Of a stretch of 64,000 nucleotides of DNA, positions 39,808 to 49,590 are shown piece by piece (positions within the stretch are counted from its first letter, which is position 1; each line of letters opens with the position of its first letter). The DNA is taken from positions 1,024,001 to 1,088,000 of the forward strand of contig OY729428.2 of the NCBI GenBank assembly GCA_963422375.2, in the 5' to 3' direction. The position numbers and the translations under genes are program-made. Origin of the DNA: Bryobacterales bacterium (lineage in GTDB: Bacteria; Acidobacteriota; Terriglobia; Bryobacterales; UBA6623). Below the pieces are notes generated by a model that saw only the letters and a list, made by a program, of their open reading frames with translations, was not told the origin of the DNA and did not search any database.

Positions 39808-39815
39808 AGGGTGCC

Positions 39816-41180
39816 ATGCTATCCGCGCCCGGCCTGAATCGTCGTCAGACGATCCGCTCTCTCGCCGGAGGGGGCCTGCTGCTTCCCGGCCTGCTGTCCG
39901 AGATGCTAGGCGCTTCGGCCGACCCGCTCGCTCCCAAGACGCCACACCACTCCGCGAAGGCGAAGCAGGTGATCTTCCTGTTCATGACCGGGGGCGTCTC
40001 GCACGTCGACACCTTCGACCCGAAGCCGTTCCTGCGAGAGAACCACGACCAGCCGCACGGGAAGAACCGCGTCTACAAGGGCGCCGACTGGGACTTCCGC
40101 CCGTACGGGCGAAGCGGCACTGAGGTCAGCGACCTGTTCCCCGAGATCGGCAAGGTGATCGACGAGATCGCGGTGGTCCGCTCGATGAAGAACATCAACG
40201 GAGACCACTTCGGCGCGACGCTCGGCATCCACACCGGCTCTGCGACGTTCAAGCGGCCGAGCATCGGGTCCTGGGTCAGCTACGGCTTGGGCACGTTGAA
40301 CCGGAACCTCCCGTCGTTCATGGTGATCGCGCCGGAAATCCCGTACGCGGGAGGCCAGGTGTGGGGCTCGGACTTCCTGCCGGTGCTGCACCAAGGCACG
40401 CGCATCATGCCCGGCGACGAGCCGATCGCGCACGTGAGCCGCCGCAACGCGGCCGCGCAGCAGCGAACCGAATTGGACATGCTCGAGTATTTCAACCGGC
40501 AGCACTTGCGAGGCCGGGAGCGGGACTCGAACCTGACAGCGCGCATCAAGTCCTTTGAGACCGCGTTCGGGATGCAGGCCGAAGCCCCGGAGGCGTTCGA
40601 CCTCGCGGGCGAGTCCGACGCCACCCTGAAGATGTACGGGCTGGAGCGCGGCAGCACCGAGAGTTTCGCTTGGCAGTGCCTTGTCGCCCGACGGCTGGTC
40701 GAGCGCGGAGTGCGCTTCGTGGAGCTCATCGACGGCGGCACGATGCTGGACCGGAACTGGGACTCGCATGCCAAAATGGCGAACTACAACAGGCTCGCCA
40801 GGAACGTCGACCGCCCGATCGGAGCACTGGTCCGGGACCTGCGGGCGCGCGGGATGCTGGACGAAACCATGGTGGCGTGGACGACCGAGTTCGGGCGGAC
40901 TCCGACGTGCCCGTCGCCGGGCGCCGAGGGGCGCGGCCACCACGCGCGGGTCTACAGCTCGTGGCTGGCCGGCGGCGGGATCAAGGGCGGCACGGTCTAC
41001 GGCGCAAGCGACGAGATGGGCTTCGATGTCGCCGAGAACCCCGTCTCCGTGCATGACTTCCAAGCCACGATTCTGGACCGCCTCGGAATGGACCACGAGC
41101 GCCTAACCTACCGCCACGCAGGTCGCGACTTCCGTCTCACGGACGTCCACGGCTCGGTGGTGCGGGATCTGCTTGCCTGA
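39816..41180 (+). CDS. DUF1501 domain protein (second copy)
   Basis: LNRRQTI Tat-like motif; FLFMTGGVSHVDTFDPKP, PSIGSWVSYGLG, WDSH, TEFGRTP, GRGHH, GRDFRLTDVHG. Confidence 0.95.
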   Translation: MLSAPGLNRRQTIRSLAGGGLLLPGLLSEMLGASADPLAPKTPHHSAKAKQVIFLFMTGGVSHVDTFDPKPFLRENHDQPHGKNRVYKGADWDFRPYGRSGTEVSDLFPEIGKVIDEIAVVRSMKNINGDHFGATLGIHTGSATFKRPSIGSWVSYGLGTLNRNLPSFMVIAPEIPYAGGQVWGSDFLPVLHQGTRIMPGDEPIAHVSRRNAAAQQRTELDMLEYFNRQHLRGRERDSNLTARIKSFETAFGMQAEAPEAFDLAGESDATLKMYGLERGSTESFAWQCLVARRLVERGVRFVELIDGGTMLDRNWDSHAKMANYNRLARNVDRPIGALVRDLRARGMLDETMVAWTTEFGRTPTCPSPGAEGRGHHARVYSSWLAGGGIKGGTVYGASDEMGFDVAENPVSVHDFQATILDRLGMDHERLTYRHAGRDFRLTDVHGSVVRDLLA

Positions 41181-41415
41181 GCCGGGTCGCGGTCCGAAGG
41201 CCGGAATCGGCAACGAACGCGCCGCCTCCACCGGCAGGGCGGCCGGGTGAATCCGCCAAACCGTGAGATCGCGCCCGGCTGCGGTCCGGCCTCGCACCCG
41301 CAGGATCCGGCATCGGTCTATACTGGATCCGGTGGGGTTGGACACTCGAAAGGAGCGTCTGTACCCAGCTCTTGCGATTTTACGGCCTAACGGCCGCCTT
41401 AGGAGGAAACTGTAC

Positions 41416-44400
41416 ATGCGAGGATTCGCATTTCGGGCGATCTTAACCGCCCTGCTAGCCTGCCTCGCGGCAGCCACGCCGGCTCAGGCGCAGCGCGACA
41501 TGGGGACGCTGCTGGGCAGCGTGACGGATCCGTCCGGCGCCGCGATTCCCGGCGCCACCATCACCATCACGGAGGGGTCCACGGGCGTGACCGACGTGGT
41601 GGAGTCGGACGTGGTGGGCAATTACATCCGGCCTCTGATCAAGCCCGGAACGTACACCATCGAGTGCGAGTCCCCCGGATTCAAGCGGTCGGTGCAGACG
41701 GGCGTGACGCTGCAATCGGCAGGACGCGTCCAATCCAATTTCGTGCTAGAGATCGGCGAGGTCACCGAGACCATCGAGGTGTCGGCCGCCCCGCCAGCCC
41801 TGCAGACCGAGACCACCCAGATGGGCGGGACGCTCGAGAACCGCCAGACCAGCGAGCTTCCGCTCGGCGGGCAGCGGCGCTTCGCCTTCCTGGCGCGGAC
41901 CGTGCCCGCGGTGGTGCCCGCCGAGCCCGGCGCGCGCGACGCGGCCGGAGGAGGGTTCTCGGCCAACGGCGTGCGGTCGAACGGCCAGAACAACTTCCTG
42001 CTGAACGGCGTCGACAACAACGTCAACGTGATCGACTTCATCAACCAGACCGCCTACGTGGTCGGGCCGTCGGTGGAGGCCATCGGCGAGATGCAGATCC
42101 TGACGAACGGCTACAACGCCGAGTACGGCCGCGCCGCGGGCGGCGTGGTCAACGTCACCATCAAGTCCGGCACGAACGAAGTTCACGGCACGCTGTTCGA
42201 GTTCCTGCAGAACACCAAGCTCAACGCCAATCCGTGGCACCTCAACAAGAACGGCAACCCGCGGCAGCCCTACAAGCAGAACCAGTTCGGCGCGGCCGTC
42301 GGAGGCCCCATCGCCAGGAACAGGACGTTCTGGTTCGCCGACTACCAAGGCACGTTCATCCGCGACGGCAGCCTCGCGAGCACGCTGACCGTGCCCGCCC
42401 CGGGCATGGCCAGCGGCGACTTCTCGACGATAATGCGGAACAGCGACGTGCTCGGCGCCGACGCCATGGGAGTCGACGTCATCCGCGGCCAGATCTACGA
42501 CCGCGACACGCAGCGCGACATCGGCGGCACGGTGGTCCGCGACCCGTTCCCGAACAACCAGCTGCCGGCCAGCCGGTTCGACCCGATCGCATCCCAGCTC
42601 ATCGGGCAGTACCCGGCCGAGAATCAGAAGCTGACGACGCAGGGCAACCGCCCCGGCAGCAACTATTTCACGACCCGCTCGGCCACGCGCGACGTGCATC
42701 AGTGGGACGTGCGCGTGGATCACCGCATCTCCGACAACGACAGCCTGTTCGGCAGCCTCAGCTGGATCGACGAGCAGAAGTTCCAGTCCCCGCCCCTGCC
42801 AGGCGACCTCGACGCCGGCGGATTCCTCGGCGAGACCGAGGAGAACCTGAGTCGGGCGGCGATGATGAGCTACACCAAGATCTGGTCGCCGACCCTGATC
42901 ACCGAGTCGCGCGTCGCGTACTCCCGCCTGATCACGACGCGCGTGCAGAGCAACGCGGATTCGGACTCGTTCTCGTCGCTGGGCTTCGGCGGCCTCAACC
43001 CGTTCACCACGAACAACGGCGGCATGATGCGCCTGGGGCCGCAGGGCTACAGCACGGTCGGCGGTTCCGAGTGGCTACCCACCCAGGAGTACAACAACGT
43101 CTGGGACTTCATCCAGAACGTCTCTTGGAACAAGGGCTCCCATGCCATCAAGTTCGGGGCAGAGTACCGCCCCATCGGCTTCCCGTTCTTCCAGGTGCCC
43201 TCGCCGCGCGGCCGCATGGACTTCAACCGAGCCGACAACCAGCAGGTCGGCTTCAACGACACCGGCGACGGCATGGCCGCCTGGCTGCTCGGCGACGTTC
43301 ATTGGGCCCGCATCACCACGGCAAACTTCATCTCCTCGTTCAAGGACGCGTACTCGTTCTTCGTGCAGGACGACTGGAAGGTGTCCTCGAGGCTGACGGT
43401 CAACGTCGGTCTGCGCTACGAGCTGACGACACCGATCGGCGAGAAATTCGGCCGGCAGGCGCACCTCGATGTCTTCGGGGCCGATCACAACGTCCCGACG
43501 CTGGTCATTCCCAAGGGCAAGGACCAAAACGCACCGTTGCCGCCGAACTTCGCCACCGACTATCCGTCGATCGCCGTCGAGCGGGGGATCGCGTCCACGT
43601 ACCTGACCGAGTGGGACCGCTCCAACCTGGCCCCCCGCATTGGCTTCGCCTTCGAGGCGATGCCCGGAACCGTCATCCGCGCCGGCTACGGCATCTTCTA
43701 CGGCGCCGAGGAGAACGAGGGAGGCAACCCCAACCGCGGTGAGAACGTGCCCTTCAACCAGGAGACGCGGTTTGAGAAGAACAGGGGCTCGGACCGGAAT
43801 CCGTTCGTCAGCAAGTTCTCGGACGGCTTCCCGGTCAACGCCTTCACGCTGCCCGCCCCGATTTCCTTCCGCTCCCTGTACACCCAGCGCCGCTGGCCGC
43901 TGGTGAACAAGTGGAACCTGAACATCCAGCGCGACCTCGGCTGGAACTCGGTTCTCGAAGTCGCCTACATCGGCTCCAAGGGCAACCGGCTCACGGACAA
44001 CTACAACGGGAACCCGGTCGTGAACGACCCTCGCCCGAACCAGCCCACCCTGCCGCGCCGGCCCTTCAAGTTCGTCAATTCCAGCATCACCTTCACGAAC
44101 AGCAACGCTCGGTCGACGTATAACGCGTTCACGGCCAAGCTGGACAAGCGCTATTCCGACGGCCTCGGATTCCTCGCCGCCTACACCTGGGGCCACGCGC
44201 TGGCGGACACCGGCACCACGCTCTCGGGCGGGCCGGGCAACCGCACGCCGCACCAGTCCCTCGAATACGCCCACGCCAGCTTCGACGTGCGGCATCGGTT
44301 CGTTCTCAGCGGCAACTGGAACCTGCCGACCCCGGCAGCGCTGTCGGGACCGGCCCGCATGCTGATCGGCGGATGGCAGCTGAACGGCATCCTCACCTTG

Positions 44401-44820
44401 CAGACGGGCAACTACTTCAACATCGGCACCAACCGCGCGATCTGCTCGTGCTCCGGAACGACCCGGCCGGACCCGGTGTCCGGCAGGGATCCCAACGCGC
44501 CCCCGTCGGGCGGACGGACGCCCGAGCAGTGGTTCGACACGTCGGCGGTGCAGGATCCCGCGGTCGGCACCTATGGCTCACTCGGCAACTACAGCAACAT
44601 GGGGCCGCCGACCAACACGGTCGACCTTTCGCTGTTCAAGGACTTCCCGATCACGGAAAGCTCGAAGCTGCAGTTCCGCGTCGAGTCGTTCAACCTGATG
44701 AACACGCCGCAATTCAGCCGACCCAACTCGACCCACGGCAACGCCAACTTCGGCCGCATCGACGACGCCCGCTCCGGCTTGAACCGCCAGTTCCAGCTCG
44801 CGCTCCGATTCATGTTCTAG
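41416..44820 (+). CDS. TonB-dependent receptor with carboxypeptidase-regulatory-like domain (acidobacterial Oar-like)
   Basis: AGGAGG RBS; GSVTDPSGAAIPGA, NNFLLNGVDNN, KSGTNEVHG, QDDWKVSSRLTVNVGLRYE, C-terminal RQFQLALRFMF. Confidence 0.95.
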   Translation: MRGFAFRAILTALLACLAAATPAQAQRDMGTLLGSVTDPSGAAIPGATITITEGSTGVTDVVESDVVGNYIRPLIKPGTYTIECESPGFKRSVQTGVTLQSAGRVQSNFVLEIGEVTETIEVSAAPPALQTETTQMGGTLENRQTSELPLGGQRRFAFLARTVPAVVPAEPGARDAAGGGFSANGVRSNGQNNFLLNGVDNNVNVIDFINQTAYVVGPSVEAIGEMQILTNGYNAEYGRAAGGVVNVTIKSGTNEVHGTLFEFLQNTKLNANPWHLNKNGNPRQPYKQNQFGAAVGGPIARNRTFWFADYQGTFIRDGSLASTLTVPAPGMASGDFSTIMRNSDVLGADAMGVDVIRGQIYDRDTQRDIGGTVVRDPFPNNQLPASRFDPIASQLIGQYPAENQKLTTQGNRPGSNYFTTRSATRDVHQWDVRVDHRISDNDSLFGSLSWIDEQKFQSPPLPGDLDAGGFLGETEENLSRAAMMSYTKIWSPTLITESRVAYSRLITTRVQSNADSDSFSSLGFGGLNPFTTNNGGMMRLGPQGYSTVGGSEWLPTQEYNNVWDFIQNVSWNKGSHAIKFGAEYRPIGFPFFQVPSPRGRMDFNRADNQQVGFNDTGDGMAAWLLGDVHWARITTANFISSFKDAYSFFVQDDWKVSSRLTVNVGLRYELTTPIGEKFGRQAHLDVFGADHNVPTLVIPKGKDQNAPLPPNFATDYPSIAVERGIASTYLTEWDRSNLAPRIGFAFEAMPGTVIRAGYGIFYGAEENEGGNPNRGENVPFNQETRFEKNRGSDRNPFVSKFSDGFPVNAFTLPAPISFRSLYTQRRWPLVNKWNLNIQRDLGWNSVLEVAYIGSKGNRLTDNYNGNPVVNDPRPNQPTLPRRPFKFVNSSITFTNSNARSTYNAFTAKLDKRYSDGLGFLAAYTWGHALADTGTTLSGGPGNRTPHQSLEYAHASFDVRHRFVLSGNWNLPTPAALSGPARMLIGGWQLNGILTLQTGNYFNIGTNRAICSCSGTTRPDPVSGRDPNAPPSGGRTPEQWFDTSAVQDPAVGTYGSLGNYSNMGPPTNTVDLSLFKDFPITESSKLQFRVESFNLMNTPQFSRPNSTHGNANFGRIDDARSGLNRQFQLALRFMF

Positions 44821-44848
44821 ACGGCTCCGCCGCTCGAACGCCCGCTCC

Positions 44849-44876
44849 GGCCCCCGCCCCTCGGCGGGGGTCTTTT
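44849..44876 (+). terminator. Rho-independent terminator
   Basis: GGCCCCCGCC-CCTC-GGCGGGGGTC followed by TTTT, 28 nt after the receptor stop. Confidence 0.7.
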
Positions 44877-45007
44877 CATTGCGCACCTGCCCGGCCCTTG
44901 GCAGGCCCAACCCGGGTATGGTTCGGTAGAGCCCCGCACCGCCGCGCCTCGTGTACCGCCGACTCTCCGCAGCTCGCAGGACTGCCCCGGAAATCGGGCT
45001 CCGACCG

Positions 45008-46726
45008 ATGCCTCCAGCGCGGGCGGCGCACCTGCCGCGCTGCGGCGCGCTCGGGCCGCTGCTTTGCATGGCGCTGGCGGCCGCGCCGAGCTACGTCGAT
45101 ATCGCCGACGGGGCGGGCCTCCGACACGCCGTGACGTTCGGCAGCTCCGCCGCGAGCAGCTACATCCTCGAGACCACCGGGACCGGCGCGGCGATCCTCG
45201 ATTTCGACCGGGACGGCGACAACGACGTGTTCGTCGTCAACGGCACGACCTTCCCCCTGCAGGCGGCTGGCGAGAGCCCCGCATCCTTCCTGTACGTCAA
45301 CGACGGCCGGGGCAGGTTCCGCGAGGCGGCGGCCGAACACGGGCTCGACGGCTCCGGCTGGGGCCAAGGAGCGTGCGTCGGCGACATCGACAACGACGGC
45401 TGGGAAGACCTCGCCGTGACCTACTACGGCGCGACCGCGCTCTACCGCAACCGCGAAGGGGCCTTCGAGGACGCGAGCGCAGGCTTGGGCCAAGTCAGGG
45501 GCGAGCGCCGCTGGGGCGCCGGCTGCGCCTTCCTCGACTACGACGCGGACGGACTGCTCGACCTTTTCGTGGCCAACTACGTGGACTTCGACCCGGAATC
45601 CACGCCCGCGCCCGGCTCCGACGGCGGCTGCGAATGGAAGGGGATTCCCGTCATGTGCGGCCCCCGCGGGTTGCCGCGGGCAAGCAACGCGCTCTACCGC
45701 AACCTAGGTCGCGGACGGTTCGAGGACGTCTCGGCACGAGCGGGAATTCTCGATCCCGGCGGGCGCTACGCGCTCGGCGCGGCGGCGGCGGACTTCGACA
45801 ACGACGGCGACACGGACATTTACGTCGCCTGCGACATGACCCCGAGCCTCCTCTACCGCAACGACGGGGACGGCACCTTCACCGAGATCGGGTCGGAAGC
45901 CGGCGTCGCCTACAGCGCCGACGGCCAGCTGCAGGCAGGCATGGGTGTCGCCGTGGCGGACTACGACGGCAACGGCTTCCTCGATATCGCGAAGACGAAC
46001 TTCTCGGGGGACCTGCCGTCCCTCTACCGCAACGAGGACGGGGTCTTCTTCGAGGACGTGGCATTCGACGCGGGCCTCGGGGCGCACCAGCTGCTCGGGT
46101 GGGGCGCCCTGTTCGTCGACGCGGACGAGGACGGCCTGGCGGACCTGATGCTGGCCAACGGGCACGTCTACCCGGAGGTCGACTCCGCGCCCGTCGGCGA
46201 GACCTACGCCCAGCGGACCGTACTGTACAGGAATCGCGGAGACGGCAGCTTCATGGACTTCACGGACAGCGCCGGCCCCGCGCTGAAGGTGCCGCGGCCG
46301 GCCCGCGGCATGGCCGCCGGCGACCTCGACGGAGACGGTCATCCCGAGATCGTAGTGGTCAACGTCAACCGCCCGCCGTCGCTGCTGCGGACCCGGGCTC
46401 CCGAGGCGAACGCGATCCTCGTACGGCTCCAAGGATCCGACTCGAACCGCAGCGCGATCGGCGCGCGCGTGGAAGTGGCGTTCGGGGGCCGGGTCGCGAC
46501 GGGCGCGGTCTTCGGCGGCGGAAGCTACCTCTCCCAGAGCGACCTCGCCCTCCACTTCGGCCTCGGCGGCGCGGCCGCCGTCGATGCGATCACCATCGTC
46601 TGGCCAAGGGGCCTGCGGCAGCGATGGACCCGTCTCGAGCCCAATCGACGCTACCTGTTCGTCGAGGGAGCCGACGCCTTCGAATCGACCGCTCTGGACA
46701 GGCCCGCCAAGACCGCCTCGAACTGA
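45008..46726 (+). CDS. CRTAC1-family FG-GAP repeat protein with ASPIC/UnbV domain (third copy)
   Basis: ILETTGTGAAILD, DxDNDG repeats, SNRSAIGARV, GGSYLSQSDLALHFGLG; start approximate. Confidence 0.93.
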   Translation: MPPARAAHLPRCGALGPLLCMALAAAPSYVDIADGAGLRHAVTFGSSAASSYILETTGTGAAILDFDRDGDNDVFVVNGTTFPLQAAGESPASFLYVNDGRGRFREAAAEHGLDGSGWGQGACVGDIDNDGWEDLAVTYYGATALYRNREGAFEDASAGLGQVRGERRWGAGCAFLDYDADGLLDLFVANYVDFDPESTPAPGSDGGCEWKGIPVMCGPRGLPRASNALYRNLGRGRFEDVSARAGILDPGGRYALGAAAADFDNDGDTDIYVACDMTPSLLYRNDGDGTFTEIGSEAGVAYSADGQLQAGMGVAVADYDGNGFLDIAKTNFSGDLPSLYRNEDGVFFEDVAFDAGLGAHQLLGWGALFVDADEDGLADLMLANGHVYPEVDSAPVGETYAQRTVLYRNRGDGSFMDFTDSAGPALKVPRPARGMAAGDLDGDGHPEIVVVNVNRPPSLLRTRAPEANAILVRLQGSDSNRSAIGARVEVAFGGRVATGAVFGGGSYLSQSDLALHFGLGGAAAVDAITIVWPRGLRQRWTRLEPNRRYLFVEGADAFESTALDRPAKTASN

Positions 46727-46745
46727 TCCTCGGGGCGCACGGCGC

Positions 46746-48068
46746 CTATTGCGTGGCGCTCGGGCGGCCGCTGCGCCCGCTCCGCTGGATGCGCGGCGCC
46801 AGGCCCTCCTGCCAATTCCGGTACAGCGCCGCGAGCTCGGCGACAACCTTCGGCTCCTCGGCCGCCACGTTCCGGCTCTCGGACAAGTCCGCCGCGAGGT
46901 CGAACAGTTCGGGCCCGCGCTTGTTGTTCAGCAGCTTCCAGCGCCCCTTGCGCACCGCCCAGCCGTCCTCGGAACCCTTGTCGATCCAGTTCCAGTAGAG
47001 CGCATCGTGCAGGGGGCCGGCCGTCGTTCCGTTCGCGGCGGGCAGGATGTTCCGGCTGTCAATCGCCCGGTCGGAGGGCGGATCGACGCCCGCGGCGGCC
47101 AGCGCGGTCGCGAAGACGTCGATGGAAATCACCGGCTCGTCCGCCACCGCCCCGGCTGGGACGCGGCCGGGCCAGCGCATTAGGAACGGCACGCGGAGCC
47201 CACCCTCGTAGACGCTGTGCTTGTAGTCCCGCAGCGCCCCGTTCGATGCGGTGGTGCCGCGCGCTCCGCCGTTGTCGGACAGGAACACCACGAGCGTGCG
47301 CTCGGCCAAGCCGAGACGGTCCAAGGCATCGAGGATCTCGCCCACGCCTTCGTCCATGATGGCCAGCATCGCGAGATAGGTGTTCCGCTTGGCGTCCGCG
47401 TTCGAGAAGCGGCGGATGTAGTCTTCCGGCGCTTGGAGGGGATTGTGGACCGCGTTGTACGGGACATACGCGAAGAACGGCCGCTTCCGGCTGGCCTCGA
47501 TGAATTCGACGGCCCTGCGGGTGATGTTGCGCGTCAGGTAGCCGCTGTCGTGAATCGGATCGCGGTCGAGGTAGATTGAGCGGATCTCGTCCGCGATCGA
47601 AAGGTCGAAATAGTCGTGCCCGCCATGGCCGAGGAAGCCGTAGAAGGTGTCGAACCCTCGCTCGAGCGGGCGGTAGGGCTCCGCCAGACCCAAGTGCCAC
47701 TTCCCGAACACCCCCGTGGCGTAGCCCGCGTCGCGCAGCAGACCGGCCAGGGTGACCTCGGACAGAGGCAGCCCCGCCCGCGAGTCGGCCGCCGTGTAGA
47801 AGCCGAAGCGCTGCTGGTAGCGGCCGGTCAGCAGACCGGCCCGAGTCGGCGCGCAGACTGGGCAGCTCGCGTAGCCGTTGGTCATGCGCACGCCCTCGGC
47901 GGCAATCCGGTCGATGTTCGGAGTGGAGACCTCGTCCGGGTGCGGGTGGCAGCTGAGGTCGGCGTAGCCCTGGTCGTCCGACAGGATGACCACGATGTTC
48001 GCCCTCTCGGGCCCGGCCAGAGCGGCGGCCGGAACCAGCGCCGAGACGAACAGCAGGAGCGTCCTCAT
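46746..48068 (-). CDS. Arylsulfatase-type (formylglycine-dependent) sulfatase
   Basis: NIVVILSDDQGY, CAPTRAGLLTGR (CxPxR), GKWHLG, FLSDNGG, KHSVYEGGLRVP; signal peptide. Confidence 0.95.
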   Translation of the reverse strand: MRTLLLFVSALVPAAALAGPERANIVVILSDDQGYADLSCHPHPDEVSTPNIDRIAAEGVRMTNGYASCPVCAPTRAGLLTGRYQQRFGFYTAADSRAGLPLSEVTLAGLLRDAGYATGVFGKWHLGLAEPYRPLERGFDTFYGFLGHGGHDYFDLSIADEIRSIYLDRDPIHDSGYLTRNITRRAVEFIEASRKRPFFAYVPYNAVHNPLQAPEDYIRRFSNADAKRNTYLAMLAIMDEGVGEILDALDRLGLAERTLVVFLSDNGGARGTTASNGALRDYKHSVYEGGLRVPFLMRWPGRVPAGAVADEPVISIDVFATALAAAGVDPPSDRAIDSRNILPAANGTTAGPLHDALYWNWIDKGSEDGWAVRKGRWKLLNNKRGPELFDLAADLSESRNVAAEEPKVVAELAALYRNWQEGLAPRIQRSGRSGRPSATQ

Positions 48069-48183
48069 GCCCAATAGGCGAAATCCGCCGCCGCTAGGTT
48101 GCACGACGCGCCCCGCCCGCTACCGGGCTGGTGGCCTCGGTCCCGACCGGGCAGCTGCGACACGGCTCGGGGGCAGGTCCGCG

Positions 48184-49491
48184 CTAGTTCTCCGCTATGC
48201 AGAACAGCTCGTCCTGGCTCCTGAGATAGAGCCGTCCGTCCAGAATCACGGGGGACGACACGAACATCTCGTCGCCCATGCTGTTGACCGCAAGCACCTC
48301 GTACTGGGTGCCCATCTTGAGGACGATGACATCGCCTTCCTCGCTGGCCAGGTACAGCTTGCCGTTGGCAGCCACCGGGGATGCCTTGAACGTGTAGGTC
48401 TCCGGCAGCCGCTGCTGGTGGTAGTGCTTCTCGCCCGTGACGGCGTCGAACGCGTTCACCAAGCCGCGGTCCGTCACGAAGTAAAGGATGCCGTCGTGCA
48501 GCACGGGGGACGCCGAGTAAGCGTTCCCGCGCTGGTTGGTCCACTTCACGAAGTCGGGGTTGTCGGTGAGGTCCCCTTTCCCGCCGAGCTTGATCGCCAG
48601 CAGATTCGGGTCGCGGTACCCGGTCATCGCGATGACCATCTCGTCGTTCACGTTGACCACCGCCGGGATCGCGTTCGCTCCCAGTCCGCCCGCTTCCCAT
48701 ATCAATTCGCCGGTCGCCAGGTCGTAGCTCCGCACGCGGGTCGAGCTCGTCACGAGCTGCTCCCGCCCGCCGTAGGGCACCACGACGGGCTGCGGCCAGC
48801 TGCTGCGCTCGTCCCGTTCGGCGCGCCAGCGCTCCGAGCCGGTGCTCTTGTCGAGGACGACGATGTACGACTCCCCCTCGTGGTCGTTCTGGATGATCAG
48901 GGAGTCGCCGTGCAGCACCGGCGCGATGCCCTCGCCGAACGCGTTGCGCATGTACATCGGGCCCAGCTCCCGCTTCCAGATCTGCCGACCGCCCATGTCG
49001 TAGGCGTAGACCCCCCTCGAGCCGAAGTTCGCGATCAGAATCTCGCCATCCGTCACGGGAGAGTTGGAGGCGAAACTCCCGTACCTGCGGTGGTATCCCT
49101 CGTGAGGCACGGCGCTCGCGGCGGCCTTGCGCCAGATCTCCTTGCCGCTCTCCGCGTCGAAGGCCATCACTAGGAAATCGTGCCTGACGAGGGCCCCGGT
49201 CTCGTCGTCCGTCCCGGTCTCCACTGCGGTGGTGAGGTAGACGACACCGTCCGAAATCACCGGCGTGGAGTGACCCTTGCCCGGGACCGGAACCCGCCAT
49301 TTCACGTTCTCCGTCCTGGAGAAGCGCAGCGGCGCATCGCTCTCGGCGACCCCGTTGTTGTTAGGGCCGCGCCATTGCCTCCAAGCGTCCTTGGCGTCCG
49401 GCCCGGCCGCGAAGGCGGGCCCGGCCAGCAACGCAAGGCCAAGAGCGGTGCAAACCGCTCGCGAAGCGATTGGGGAGGAAAGCATCGTCAT
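48184..49491 (-). CDS. PQQ-binding-like beta-propeller repeat protein
   Basis: WRQWRGPNNNG, NVKWRVPVPGKGHSTPV, ASNSPVTDG, SASPV, ASPVAANGKLY. Confidence 0.92.
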   Translation of the reverse strand: MTMLSSPIASRAVCTALGLALLAGPAFAAGPDAKDAWRQWRGPNNNGVAESDAPLRFSRTENVKWRVPVPGKGHSTPVISDGVVYLTTAVETGTDDETGALVRHDFLVMAFDAESGKEIWRKAAASAVPHEGYHRRYGSFASNSPVTDGEILIANFGSRGVYAYDMGGRQIWKRELGPMYMRNAFGEGIAPVLHGDSLIIQNDHEGESYIVVLDKSTGSERWRAERDERSSWPQPVVVPYGGREQLVTSSTRVRSYDLATGELIWEAGGLGANAIPAVVNVNDEMVIAMTGYRDPNLLAIKLGGKGDLTDNPDFVKWTNQRGNAYSASPVLHDGILYFVTDRGLVNAFDAVTGEKHYHQQRLPETYTFKASPVAANGKLYLASEEGDVIVLKMGTQYEVLAVNSMGDEMFVSSPVILDGRLYLRSQDELFCIAEN

Positions 49492-49590
49492 GACGTTTAC
49501 CGGTGCCGGGCCGAGACTCGCAGATTTCGGGGCTCGGCACGCGACGCACGGCACCGCGAGCGCCCCACCCTCGGTCCGGCACCTGCACTA

